Origin: Candidatus Zixiibacteriota bacterium
GTDB lineage: Bacteria > Zixibacteria > MSB-5A5 > WJJR01
DNA: 30,159 nucleotides
Direction of reading: 5' to 3'
Assembly: GCA_036170655.1 (NCBI GenBank)
Contig: JAVHPP010000145.1
Span: 1 to 30,159 of the forward strand
In this document: positions 1 to 11,094 of the stretch, in pieces
Position numbering within the stretch: position 1 is the first letter of the stretch
How the letters are laid out: every line of letters starts with the position of its first letter
The notes under the pieces: generated by a model
Databases searched by the model: none
The model's input: only the letters and a program-made list of their open reading frames with translations
Told to the model about the DNA's origin: nothing
Program-made: the position numbers and the translations under genes

Positions 1-208
1 TGGTCCAGAACGGCAGACGGTCGAGATACGATCCGGCCGCCGGAAACCAGCGGCCCAACAGGCGCCTGCATCCGACGATTCTCCATTTCCATGAGGTTGT
101 GTCTGTCAGAGAGAAAAATCAAAGCACTGGGTGAAATTGCACTCCCGGTGAAGGACTTGGAGCAGTGGAAATTGTCTGACGCGATCTGGCGCCCGAGACC
201 CGCAGACT

Positions 209-682
209 TTACAGCACATCGCAGATCGAGTCGAAACCCCCGAAGTCGTTGTGGATCTTGCGGGGGTTGCTGGGGTCTTCCCGCCAGACCGTGTCTACCA
301 AGAACCGGTACCGGTGGGTCCCGGGTGCCAGTTGCAATGCGGCCCGCCACAATCCATCCCGCTTCTTGATCATCGCCTGTGGTTCCCAGTCGTTGAAAGA
401 TCCGGCGATCGATACATCAAGACCGGATGGTGCATCGAGCGTGAACATGACGGATTTCTTCGTCGTTGAAGCCCCTGGGTGTCTTGCGATCTTTGCGCGG
501 AACATTTCGTCGGCTTCCTGCGTCATGCGTGGCTTCGTGGCCTTCTTGTACCCGGTCGCCGCGTGTGTCTTGGTCACTTTCCGGGACTTGGCCCCTATCC
601 GTCCCTTGGCCTGGCGCCCAGAATCTGGCATCGTCGATGTCCACTTTGACGCTGTGTTACTGCTGCGGAACTTGCCTGGCAT
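209..682 (-). CDS. CBM48/isoamylase early-set (glycogen-binding) domain protein with Lys/Arg-rich N-terminal extension
   Basis: C-terminal VMFTLDAP..VSIAGSFNDW...GLW...LAPGTHRYRFLVD..W..DPSNP matches the AMPK-beta/CBM48 pattern; AAGGAGG SD upstream of the ATG at 682. Confidence 0.85.
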   Translation of the reverse strand: MPGKFRSSNTASKWTSTMPDSGRQAKGRIGAKSRKVTKTHAATGYKKATKPRMTQEADEMFRAKIARHPGASTTKKSVMFTLDAPSGLDVSIAGSFNDWEPQAMIKKRDGLWRAALQLAPGTHRYRFLVDTVWREDPSNPRKIHNDFGGFDSICDVL

Positions 683-1017
683 ACGCTACCTCCTTGCGAA
701 AACGGTGTCCCTCGAGGAGTGAGGTCTTTTTGCGCTCAGTACGCAACCTATGTCAATTACCGACCCCTGCCAACGAGAAACATCCACTGGTCCGGGAGAC
801 AGCCGTTGCGTTGTGACATTCGGGGTTTCCCCGATTGTTGAGCGAGAGGCTGAAGTCGGAGCGGGGCACAAGCAGGTCACGACGGCGGAGATCCATGCGA
901 ACATGAGTGATGGGGCGTTGCGGTAAGCGCCCTCTGACCAGGCCGGAGTGAGTCAATAATACCGGCGCTCGCTCCCGTTTTCTTCTCGGGAAACCGCCTG
1001 AATCGGGAAGCATGGAG

Positions 1018-1374
1018 CTACTGTTTGGTCTTGGCTGGATCGCGCTTCGCAGGCGCATTGCGGCGCTGGCCAACACTGGAGGTTCCTGCTGCTGAAGGTG
1101 CCTGCCTCGCTAATTGTTTCAGGCGCAGTCTCTCCGATATGCGCCCCTCCTGAACCGGCATCACCTGCCAACGTGGTTCTTTTCTGATCAATCCGGTGAT
1201 GGCTGCCTCGCCCTGGCCCCGGATCGTCATCTCCACGAAGCCGAATCCTCGTGATGCGCCTGTCGAGTAGTCCGTGCTGACTTTGGCTGAGGTAACGTCG
1301 CCATAAACACCGAACGCGGCATGCAGGTCCGACCCGCTGATGCCTGCCTCAAGGTTTCCCACGTAGATCTTCAT
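1018..1374 (-). CDS. RRM (RNP-1) RNA-binding protein, divergent C-terminal half
   Basis: RNP2 KIYVGNL and RNP1 RGFGFVEM; GAGGAG SD before ATG at 1374. Confidence 0.85.
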   Translation of the reverse strand: MKIYVGNLEAGISGSDLHAAFGVYGDVTSAKVSTDYSTGASRGFGFVEMTIRGQGEAAITGLIRKEPRWQVMPVQEGRISERLRLKQLARQAPSAAGTSSVGQRRNAPAKRDPAKTKQ

Positions 1375-1424
1375 CCCGAACTCCTCTTGATCTTCAGGGT
1401 AACTTGCTCTCAATGGCCAACTTC

Positions 1425-1453
1425 TTTATACGGCGAAAATCGCCTCAGGTCGA
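1425..1453 (-). promoter_or_regulatory. Candidate sigma70-type promoter of the RRM gene (TCGACC-N17-TATAAA)
   Basis: Exact 17-nt spacer; the same TCTCGAC -35-like motif lies upstream of the cold-shock gene. Confidence 0.5.
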
Positions 1454-1619
1454 GAGAAATCTGCGCCGGGTCATCGAGTATTCTGCATCGCTCTGGCAGG
1501 TAGCGTGGCACCGACCTAACATCACCGCGAATGTATGCAAAGGCCGTCGGTCATGCACGCACAGATTAGCCGTCACGAATGGCCGGTCGTCCCTATCGGG
1601 CGGGTACAGAAGCCGTACG

Positions 1620-1777
1620 TATAAAGGGCGTTGTAAGTCGAAGCCTTGGACTTCACTTTGACTGGCCGCGCCGCGATTTACCGCTCGGCACTCACAGAAA
1701 AGCCACATGGGTTTCAAAGGCCGTCCGGGCCAACGGACGGGAGACGCCGTTTCGTCTCCGGCTACGGAAGGATGTGT
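1620..1777 (+). repeat. Diverged orphan copy of the cold-shock gene 5' leader; candidate structured RNA
   Basis: Manual alignment to the reverse complement of 2467-2622: 41/47 identity in the core (1709-1755), 67/92 over 1686-1777; two hairpins conserved. Confidence 0.8.
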
Positions 1778-2193
1778 ATCAAAGAGCATTCCTTTGATCT
1801 TCCGACAATGGTCATCGATGGAACCAGGATAATCACGACGGCCGAGGGCAGGTTCGTGGACACGTGGCAGCCCCCAAGATGTGAAGGTTGAGGAGGATGG
1901 CAGCACTCAAGCTGCAAACCCCGAGTAGAACGAGGCAGCCAACTGAGAGAACCGTCTTGATATCAAGTTCTCGAATTGGATCTGTCGCGCGGATTCGGTT
2001 CCTGTTCTGTGGACACCTCAGGGTCTTCTAACGCCCCGATTTCGAGGTGTCCATAGGACCGTGGGACAGATCAGACTGTCATGAAATACCAGATCGCTCA
2101 CACCGCCCACCTCAGCGACTCATCCGACGCTCTCGCAGTGATCTTCGTCGTCGTAATCTCCCGTTGCCCCTCGTCCGCCAGAGCGCGCTGGGC

Positions 2194-2237
2194 AACAAAG
2201 TAAGCCCCCCGACTCGAACTTGCTTTGCCGGGGGGCT
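2194..2237 (-). terminator. Probable intrinsic terminator of the cold-shock gene
   Basis: 9-bp stem AGCCCCCCG/CGGGGGGCT (2203-2211, 2229-2237) followed on the minus strand by TACTTTGTT. Confidence 0.65.
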
Positions 2238-2259
2238 GGTGTGATCTCTTTGTCGGCGA

Positions 2260-2463
2260 TTACACTTTGCGCACGTTTTCTGCCTGAGGTCCCTTGGGAC
2301 CCTGGGTGACCTCGTATTGGACGTGATCACCCTCCTGCAAGGACTTAAATCCCTCGCCGGAAATCGCGGTGTGATGGACAAACACGTCCTTGCTACCGTC
2401 CGCAGGGGTGATGAAGCCAAACCCCTTCGAATCGTTGAACCACTTGACAGTACCTTCCGCCAT
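2260..2463 (-). CDS. cspA: Cold-shock protein (CSD family)
   Basis: 67 aa: [15 protein letters not shown]...DVFVH...[28 protein letters not shown]; exact paralog name uncertain. Confidence 0.97.
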   Translation of the reverse strand: MAEGTVKWFNDSKGFGFITPADGSKDVFVHHTAISGEGFKSLQEGDHVQYEVTQGPKGPQAENVRKV

Positions 2464-2645
2464 CTGACACGTCCTTTGCTTCTCGGGAACGAATCGGCGT
2501 CCCCATCCGCTGGCCCCGACGGCCCTTGAAACCCGCCAACCTCTTCCGTGAACGCCGTCGGTCGTTAGCCTTGCGGACAGTCCGAGAAAAGTCGAGGGTT
2601 TCGTCTGCTGCGTCAGAACATATGTCGCGGCCGCGGGAAAGTCGA
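2464..2645 (-). promoter_or_regulatory. Promoter (TCGACT-N17-TATGTT at 2617-2645) and ~145-nt structured 5' leader of the cold-shock gene
   Basis: 17-nt spacer; two short hairpins before the SD; long leaders are typical of csp mRNAs. Confidence 0.55.
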
Positions 2646-2737
2646 GAACAAATTGGCCGGGAGGTGACTACCGATCAGATTCGGTTCATAGCTCTTCGCA
2701 AATCCTGGTCACTGACCCGCGCATAGCAGATCCCCAC

Positions 2738-2833
2738 TGTCATTCTGAACCCCGCCGCTCTTTGGCGGGGTGAAGAATCTGCTTTGCTTTCATAGGTGAA
2801 AAAAGCAGATGTTTCGCCACGCTCCGCATGACA
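2738..2833. repeat. REP/MITE-like nested palindromic element (GTCATTCTGA...GAAGAATCT type)
   Basis: TGTCAT/ATGACA ends; inner ACCCCGCC/GGCGGGGT (2749-2771) and ATCTGCTTT/AAAGCAGAT (2777-2810) stems. Confidence 0.7.
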
Positions 2834-3031
2834 ACTTGACTTATTGACCTTCCGGGGAGTTTTCAGCACCCTGATAGATCTCGGTTGTCGTAATCTTTCA
2901 GTGCCCCACTGCCCGCGACTTGCTGCTTCTCGCCGCATTCTCCTTCAAGCGATAGCGACGGGATTGCCCCATGTGGGGGCAAACCCGAGTACTCCGCAGG
3001 TCGTGCCGAATCGCGCTCCGCCGATTGGAGC

Positions 3032-4245
3032 TCACTCATAGCGCAAAGCATCGATGGGGTTCAAGAGTGCGGCTTTTCTCGCAGGATAGAATCCGAAGAA
3101 GATCCCGATCCCAATCGAGAACCCAAACGAGAGAACAATGGACAGAACCGAAATGATGGTCGGCCATTTTACGATACTGGAGATGACTCCGGAACCAGCG
3201 ATCCCCAGGCCGATGCCCACAATCCCGCCAAGAAGACTGAGCACGAGTGCTTCGATCAGGAACTGAGTCAGAATGTCCCTGGAACGGGCGCCGATGGACA
3301 TGCGGATACCAATCTCCCGGGTTCTCTCGGTGACCGATACCAGCATGATGTTCATGATCCCGATACCGCCTACCAGCAGCGAAACGCCCGCAACGCTGGC
3401 CAACAGATAGGTGAGAATGTCCGTCGTCGCCGTGGCTGCGGTGGCAAGATCGGCCTGATTCCGGATCGTGAAATCATCTTGATCGTAGGCCGCGATCTTG
3501 TGGCGCATCCTCAGAAGATCGGTGATCTGACTCTGTGCCGCGGCGATACCCGCAGGGCTGGTGGCCGATACCAGGATCTGACGGAGGTTCGAAGACCAGC
3601 TCAACCTTCGCGCCACGGTCGTGTAGGGAGCAAGGATAATGTCGTCCTGATCCTGCCCCATTGCATTCTGTCCTTTTTGCTCCAGTACGCCCACGACCTT
3701 GAATGGCACATTCCGGATCCGGACTGTCTGGCCAACCGGGTTGCCATCGGGGAAGAGATTGTCTGCCACAGTTTTCCCCAGGACACAGACCTTGCTGGCA
3801 GATCTAATGTCCTGTTCTGTGTAGAATTCGCCATATCCCACCTTCCACTTTCTGATTTCCAGATAATCAGGGCCGGTCCCTTCGATTCCGGTCGCCCAGT
3901 TCTGACTGCCGGCGATCACCTGCCCCCCTCCCCGGGTACCGGGCGACACAAGCGCCACCGCCGGGCATTCCTTCTGGATCGCAAGCGCGTCGTCTTCCGT
4001 CAGCGTCGTTGCGGAGCCTGCTCCCACTCTAATCCCACCCGTCTGTTGTGTGCCCGGAATCACGATCAACACATTTGTGCCAAGGGCATTGATTTGTTGT
4101 TCGACGGAAAACTTGGCGCCCTGACCAATAGCGAGCATGACGATAACGGCGCTGACACCAATGATGATTCCCAGCATGGTGAGGAACGATCTCATCTTAT
4201 TCCGCTTGAGCGCCCGGAATGCCGACAAGAGGGTATTCGTTATGT

Positions 4246-4249
<4 letters not shown>
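3032..4249 (-). CDS. MacB/FtsX-family ABC transporter permease
   Basis: RSFLTMLGIIIGV, periplasmic core, SLLVGGIGIMNIMLVSVTERTREIGIR, C-terminal PARKAALLNPIDALRYE. Confidence 0.95.
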
Positions 4250-5030
<781 letters not shown>

Positions 5031-5034
<4 letters not shown>

Positions 5035-6434
5035 CGTGGACCACCTCCCATCCCTCGTTGCTGGCTGCCTCCCGTCAGGGGACTCCGAGTCTGGTTCGTT
5101 GTGGAGACCGATGAGTTGATGACCCCCATGACGATTTGGTCGCCCGGCTTCAGATCGGGGCTGGTCACTTCAGTGTACTTTCCGTCCGTGATTCCGGTCT
5201 TGACCGGCTTGGCCTTGAGCTTGCCGGTCGAACTAACGACCCACACACGCGCCCTGCCTGTGGCCGACCGATCGGTAAGCTTTTCAAACTCCGGGAAACT
5301 CTGAATGATACCGAACTTGGTCTCTCCGGCCGGTCGCAGTGCACGTTGCGCTATTGATACCGTAGAATCAGGCACTCCACTCGCTGAGTCCTGCTGTCTA
5401 CTTCTCCCGGGCCATCCTCGGCCAAGCCGACCGGAGTCGTGAGCGGAACCTCCCGAATCACCTGTAGCCTGAGAAAACCGCCTGCCATTGCTGCTGACGG
5501 TGCCAGTGGAGTCGATCAAGTCTCCAGACGGCTGGAATCGGAGTGCCATGTTAGGAACGCGGAGAACATCGCTAACGGTGGCGACCAGAACCTTGACGTT
5601 GGCTGTCATGCCAGGCATGAGTTTCAGACGGTCGTTGTTGACATCGATGACGACGGTGTAACTAACGACATTCTGAACGGTCACGGGTGCGAGACGAATC
5701 TGAGAGACAGTCCCCGTGAATGTCTCATCCGGATAAGCATCGACCGTGAATGTCGCCTGCTGGCCGACGCTGATACCCCCGATGTCCACTTCGCCGATGG
5801 TCGCCAGGACCTGCATTTTCCTCAAATCGTTGACAATGGTGTACAGAGTGGGGGATGAGAAACTGGCCGCGACGGTCTGGCCGACGTTGACCTGACGATT
5901 GATGATAACACCATCGATGGGTGCGTAGATGGTCGAATAGGCGAGGTTGATCTTCGCTCTTTCGAGGCTCGCCTCCGCTTGTTTCCGCGCTGCGTCATTA
6001 GATTCATAGGTCGTGAGAGCGGCATCCAAGTTTATTTGCATGTCAAGCTTCTTCTCGACCAGCACTTTCTCCCGATCCAAAGCTCTCTTGTTGTCCGCCA
6101 GTTGTGCCCGTGCGCGGGCAAGGCTCGCCTCGGCATCGTGGACCGCCTGCACCAGGAATGTCGAGTCGATCTGGGCGATGACCTGCCCTTCCTTCACGAT
6201 GGAATTGAAGTCGGCGTACAGTCTGGAAATAATGCCTGATACCTGAGTCCCCACGTCCACCGAAATGACAGCGTTGATATTGCCCGTGGCTGTAACCGTA
6301 GTCGTGATATCGCCCTTTGAGATTTGGTCGAAACGGTAATCGTACTTCTTAGTGACGGTTCGGAAAAACGCGAGGTAGCTCACCGTCCCCAGCACAAGAA
6401 CAATCGCAATTGCAACGATCAGTTTACCCCTCAT
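5031..6434 (-). CDS. MacA/HlyD-family periplasmic adaptor (membrane fusion protein)
   Basis: N-terminal TM, VDVGTQVSG, IYAPIDG, GQTVAASF, LMPGMTANV. Confidence 0.95.
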
Positions 6435-6781
6435 AACTTGTCCTCTATGGTCACATCATTGCTTGATTCAATTCCGCCGACCGTATGCAATTCCCTCGCT
6501 CGAGAATCGACGGCCATATCACAATTGTTTCTGATCCTCATCGTTTCTACCGGCTTCGTCTTCTGACCACTGAGGCCAAGGGCGAGTCTTATTCGTCTCC
6601 CGTTCGTCGGCTGCACAGGTGTAATATGGCCTATTCGGAGTATTGTGGCAGCAACGGACTTCTGTCATTTGACCCATGTCAGCGGCCACTCTCCACCGTG
6701 AACCCCGATAAACCGAGAGAATGGCAGCAGGCTGCTGCCCAGCCTCGCGTTAGATGCCACTGGGCCGGTCGGCCACGAACG

Positions 6782-7798
6782 TTACGTGCGCTCCGGAAGC
6801 AACTGGAGCACCGCGTCGAACCGCTTGATCTGATCGGCAGAGAGAATAGGCCGGACCCCGGACTCGGCGCGCCGGAAGAGATTGGCATCCGCCTTCAAAG
6901 GACGACTGGACCAGCCCATCCCGCCTGCGCACGCAGTGTCCGATAACCTGCTGACGGACAGCTCAGCAAACACCTGACGAATCTGCGCCATTTGACTATC
7001 GCTAAGCTGAAGAATGCCTTGAAGACACTCGATCGCGTTGCCGATCCGGGCCTCCTGCCGCTTGTCCCTGCCCACATTCTGCCTTTCGCCCCGCTTCGTC
7101 CATAGACTATCGAATTGGGCCCGCTGGTCCGGAGTAAGCACATGACTCAGTCGTTCGGTCAGTTGCTCATGGAGACGGCCAAATTGCGCGGAAACAGGTC
7201 TCATACCACCCCGATCACTGACGCGAGATTCTTCCCTCGATGCCCGGAGCTCTTGAAGGGCCGCACGCACCTGTTTCTCCTGATCCGGACTCAACGCCAA
7301 CTGAGAAACCATGCGGCGAGCCATCCGATCAATGCCCACCTCCCGAAACTGCGACCGAATCTCCGCGACCGGTGTCTTCTGCTCCGACCGTTTCTCTTTC
7401 AGAAAATGGACCAGTGCAACAAATTGGTCCGTCTGGAGCACTTTGCCGCTCTCCGACAGAAACATCGCCGCAGGTGGGAATATTCGCCCTCCCTTGCCAT
7501 CAGATGGCCTCTGCTCGGGACGGATTCCTTCGCGGCGGCTTCCCGCAACTGTCTTCCATTGTGTCAGCGCGGTTTCAATCTGTGCTGCCTGGTCGTCAGT
7601 CATTTGCACGTGGGTCCGCAGGTCTGTGAGAGTGGGAATCCAGGCCGCGAGGCGCGACGAATCTATAGTCGCAGGGGCGACGAGCGCCCCGGCGCTGGAA
7701 GCGTCGGAGGATGTTCCCCCCGAATGACAGCCTCCCAACCCGGCGGCCAAAAGCGCTATCACGATGATAGTGATTCGATGTGTCGCGTTCGGTTTCAT
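6782..7798 (-). CDS. Putative lipoprotein with repeated LTxxQ (Spy/CpxP-like) motifs
   Basis: Lipobox LGGC; MTDDQ, LSPDQ, LTPDQ, LSDSQ, LSADQ motifs; GGAGG SD. Confidence 0.75.
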   Translation of the reverse strand: MKPNATHRITIIVIALLAAGLGGCHSGGTSSDASSAGALVAPATIDSSRLAAWIPTLTDLRTHVQMTDDQAAQIETALTQWKTVAGSRREGIRPEQRPSDGKGGRIFPPAAMFLSESGKVLQTDQFVALVHFLKEKRSEQKTPVAEIRSQFREVGIDRMARRMVSQLALSPDQEKQVRAALQELRASREESRVSDRGGMRPVSAQFGRLHEQLTERLSHVLTPDQRAQFDSLWTKRGERQNVGRDKRQEARIGNAIECLQGILQLSDSQMAQIRQVFAELSVSRLSDTACAGGMGWSSRPLKADANLFRRAESGVRPILSADQIKRFDAVLQLLPERT

Positions 7799-7897
7799 AA
7801 GACCTCCATTCTCTTCAGTGCGACTTGCTTCAACTTATGTGAACACTATCGGTTCCCATGCTGATGATTCTCGTCGGCAGCTTCCTGAATAGGCTCT

Positions 7898-8758
7898 TCA
7901 CACCGGCGGTGCCGGTGCCAGTTGCACTTTGGCGCTGACATCGAACTGCTCTGGCGCTTGCCCTGCCCCGCCATGCTCGCCAGGTCCTCTCCTTCTCATT
8001 CCTCCGCCGGGGGATCCACCGCGTCCCCAATCGCCATGGCCGCCCTCGCCCCGATCGCGCCCAGGCCCCCGCCCCGACATCACCTTCATATCGGGTTCCT
8101 CCGATTCCAATCGTACGATGACATTCTGTCCAGGCCTCGCGTCAATCGCCAGGGGATACTGATCCGGCCCGGCAAGGGGGATCCTCAGTTCGTAGACAAA
8201 CCAGTCCTTCTCGCCGCTGACTTTGACATCGACACCAGGCATGGAGTCGATTGAAACACGCCTGCGATCCTGATTGTTCGGGCCAACAATTTCCAACACG
8301 CTTAGTTCCTGTGTGAATGCCCGATCATCGGCTGATCGGCCATCCGATGAGACTTGGTCCGGCCCGCCGGAACGATGTATTCCCTCTGCCTCCAAGAGAC
8401 TGACAGGATAGCGGATCCCCAAGGCTGCCTTGTCCTTGTCTTGCGGTTGGAACCAGACAGACAGTCCCTGTCGTACCAGACGCCTTTGGAGTTGAGCCTT
8501 TGCTGTCATGACGCAGAGGTACACGTAATTGGAATCGTTCATCACGCCCATGTACGCGGCTCCGTTGCCAACCGGTGTCAGCAGCCCCTCCCAATCGTCG
8601 GCAAAACCATCGATGTTCACCGGCCTGTCCAGCCAGTGACTGTTCAATCGTATCGGCCCGCATCCCGCCAGTACGAGAAAACCCATCATCACTGTACTGG
8701 CCAGCAACACCGTCCCATAGTGTGCCAAAAAGCGTGTGGTACTTGTGTGGTTTGACAT
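7898..8758 (-). CDS. Putative lipoprotein (IDGxxDDW motif, CBM9/DOMON-like) with Gly-rich segment
   Basis: Hydrophobic signal ending LAGC; PVNIDGFADDW; YELRIPL; start placed at MSNH. Confidence 0.7.
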   Translation of the reverse strand: MSNHTSTTRFLAHYGTVLLASTVMMGFLVLAGCGPIRLNSHWLDRPVNIDGFADDWEGLLTPVGNGAAYMGVMNDSNYVYLCVMTAKAQLQRRLVRQGLSVWFQPQDKDKAALGIRYPVSLLEAEGIHRSGGPDQVSSDGRSADDRAFTQELSVLEIVGPNNQDRRRVSIDSMPGVDVKVSGEKDWFVYELRIPLAGPDQYPLAIDARPGQNVIVRLESEEPDMKVMSGRGPGRDRGEGGHGDWGRGGSPGGGMRRRGPGEHGGAGQAPEQFDVSAKVQLAPAPPV

Positions 8759-8867
8759 GACCAGCCCCCGGACTGATAGGTTCCCCTCGTTGAACGTTGG
8801 AGAATTGCTCAGACGGCACAATGACGCCGTCGCCGTACTCCCACGTATTCAGAATCTATTACACCCC

Positions 8868-8889
8868 AAATGTTGCAGAAATGTGGCGG
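8868..8889 (-). promoter_or_regulatory. Candidate OmpR-family tandem operator
   Basis: 11-bp-period direct repeat AAATGTTGCAG/AAATGTGGCGG (9/11) just upstream of a TAGATT -10-like hexamer (8853-8858). Confidence 0.4.
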
Positions 8890-8941
8890 GGATTCGGTAT
8901 TTAACGACGGTCAGAAATGCGGAGGGTCGGTACCATCTGCG

Positions 8942-10408
8942 TCACTGCGGATTCAGTGCGACCGGGAGACTGATAAGAACGCGCGCTCCACGTGGTTGGG
9001 CGTTCTCGGCATAAGCATGACCGCCATGCCGCCGGACGATTTCCTGGACAATCGCCAGTCCCAGACCGCTGCCTCTCATCGAACGAGCGGCAGCGGCACG
9101 ATAGAAACGGTCGAATACATGCGGCAGGTCATCAGCCAGAAAACCCAAACCATCGTCTTCAACTATCATGCTGTAATGCTCAGAAGCAAGAACCGGTGTT
9201 GAAGCGACCGAGACGGAGACGTGCCCTCCTTCGGGTACATACCGGAGCGCATTCATGAGGACATTCTCAAGGACTTGTTCCATCCTTCGGCCATCCGCGT
9301 CCACCCATGCTTCCGGCACCGGCGCGGAGAACGACAAAGTCAAACCAACTTCGTGGAATCGCGACTGAAACCGCGACACGGTGTTCCGGCACAAAGCCAC
9401 CCAGTCGAGACGCTCAATGTTGAGAGTGATCGCGCCCGCTTCCAGCCGAGTCAGTTCGAGCAGATCATTGATGAGAAGATCCATTCGTTTCGCCTCGTCG
9501 AGGATATCGCTCAGATAAGTGGCGCGCTCTTCATGCGAAACCGTGACGGAGGGTTCAAGGAGTGTCTCCGCATAACCGTGAATTGAAGTCAGCGGCGTCG
9601 CGAGCTCGTGTGTAATGTCCGCGAGCAGCTGGCGCCGCTGACTATCGCTGGCGAGAATCTTCTGCCTGGCGTCAGCGAGCGACTCGGCCATGGCGTTGAG
9701 TGAGAGTGCCAGCCGTCCAATCTCATCGGAACCAGGATCGGAAACTCGTGCGCCCAGATTCCCTTCCGCAACTTTCCCGGCCAGATCTTCGAGAGCGCGA
9801 AGTCTGCGAACGACGGCGCGAAACATGATCAGGCCGGCGATCCCGGCCACCAGTATCGCCACGGGCAACAGCAGGAGCCACCGGCCCTGTGCTGGACTGC
9901 CGAAATCGGTGTTTGACCGGCCAAACGCAATTACGGTAACCTCACCGGCGGTGTCCGTTCCCACGATCACGGGCTGCCTGGAGATCGGACGAGCCCGCTC
10001 CCTGCCGCCGCCGGACTCGACCCGCCGCTTGAACTCGTCGCTTCGCTCCCCCAGCAATGAATCCCATAGCGGTCTAAACGGCTCGCCTGATCCCGGCGAA
10101 ATGCGATGATCGGTAATCACACGACCATCCTTCGACCGAAAAATTACACCGGCGCCGCGATTCTCGCGACCGAAGTCCCTGAGTACCGTGGCCACGTCGG
10201 CACCCAGCGAATCGCTCAGTGCCCAACCGATTCTCTCGGCGGCCTGCTCCGCCAAGAAACCGGCCCGCATCTCCGCTGTCCTGACGGCGAGTGGCCGGAG
10301 AATGGTGGCGACCACGATCCCCTGGATAATCGCGGCAATGAGCAGGACGGCGAGGAACGAACCCGCGAAAGTCCAGAATAAACTCTTCCGCCGGAATGGG
10401 AGTGTCAC
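8942..10408 (-). CDS. HAMP-domain sensor histidine kinase (BaeS/CpxA-like)
   Basis: 2 TMs, HAMP (DEIGRLA..LNAM), H-box DITHELATPL, N-box, DDGLG, GSGLGL; GTG start overlapping the regulator stop (GTGA). Confidence 0.93.
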   Translation of the reverse strand: MTLPFRRKSLFWTFAGSFLAVLLIAAIIQGIVVATILRPLAVRTAEMRAGFLAEQAAERIGWALSDSLGADVATVLRDFGRENRGAGVIFRSKDGRVITDHRISPGSGEPFRPLWDSLLGERSDEFKRRVESGGGRERARPISRQPVIVGTDTAGEVTVIAFGRSNTDFGSPAQGRWLLLLPVAILVAGIAGLIMFRAVVRRLRALEDLAGKVAEGNLGARVSDPGSDEIGRLALSLNAMAESLADARQKILASDSQRRQLLADITHELATPLTSIHGYAETLLEPSVTVSHEERATYLSDILDEAKRMDLLINDLLELTRLEAGAITLNIERLDWVALCRNTVSRFQSRFHEVGLTLSFSAPVPEAWVDADGRRMEQVLENVLMNALRYVPEGGHVSVSVASTPVLASEHYSMIVEDDGLGFLADDLPHVFDRFYRAAAARSMRGSGLGLAIVQEIVRRHGGHAYAENAQPRGARVLISLPVALNPQ

Positions 10409-11094
10409 GCGCCGGGCTCCGAAAAGCGGTATCCAGCCCCCCACACCGTCTGCACATAGCGCGGGCTGGCGGGGTCTGACTCAAGCTTACGCCGGAGACG
10501 GCTGATCACACTGTCAATAGAGCGTCCGTCAACCACTCGTGATTCACCCCAGACATGCGCCATCAACGCCTCCCGCGTGTAGACCCACCCAGGGTGCGAG
10601 GCAAGGAAGTGGAGAACATCGAACTCGAGCGTCGTCAGCGGAATCCGGCGGCCATCTGCTTCGACCTCGCGTCGCGAGGGGTCAATTTGCAGACCCGGAA
10701 ACAACAGCGCCACCCCATGCTCGCGCGGCCCGGAACGGCGGAGAAGAGCCCGTACACGCGCCACGAGTTCCAATGTGCTGAACGGCTTGGTCAGGTAATC
10801 ATCCGCACCGATTTCGAACCCGAGCACCTTGTCGCCTTCTCCGCTTCGAGCGGTCAGCACGAGAATCGGAGTATCGCTTTTCCGCCGGATCTGGCGTGTG
10901 ACCTCAAGTCCGTCCAACCCCGGCAACATGAGGTCAAGAACGAGCAACGATGGCTGAAGCCGTTCAAAGTCCGCCAGTGCCTGAACACCGTCATGGGTCT
11001 GATGGCACCGGAACCCTGCGGCCTCGAGATTCTTGGCTATCAAGGCTGCAATACGCCGATCGTCTTCAACAATGAGGATAGATGGTTCCATCAT
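10405..11094 (-). CDS. OmpR-family response regulator
   Basis: ILIVEDD, LDLMLP, GADDYLTKPF, winged helix, QTVWGAGY. Confidence 0.95.
   Translation of the reverse strand: MMEPSILIVEDDRRIAALIAKNLEAAGFRCHQTHDGVQALADFERLQPSLLVLDLMLPGLDGLEVTRQIRRKSDTPILVLTARSGEGDKVLGFEIGADDYLTKPFSTLELVARVRALLRRSGPREHGVALLFPGLQIDPSRREVEADGRRIPLTTLEFDVLHFLASHPGWVYTREALMAHVWGESRVVDGRSIDSVISRLRRKLESDPASPRYVQTVWGAGYRFSEPGA

Noticed and set aside
1..92. Possible start of a minus-strand gene (MEMENRRMQAPV...) running off the left edge
   Set aside because: Only ~30 codons, no recognisable motif or clear SD
1772..1891. Short ORF after the leader copy, with ITTAEGRFVDT faintly like Csp ITPADG..VFVH
   Set aside because: Similarity too short, lacks KWF/GFGF, and the ATG abuts the SD; cannot call a pseudogene
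753..1906. Track ORFs 753-1076 and 1445-1906
   Set aside because: No domain features or SD; overlap regulatory and repeat DNA
2960..2986. Hairpin downstream of the ABC permease
   Set aside because: No U-tract on the minus strand; cannot call a terminator
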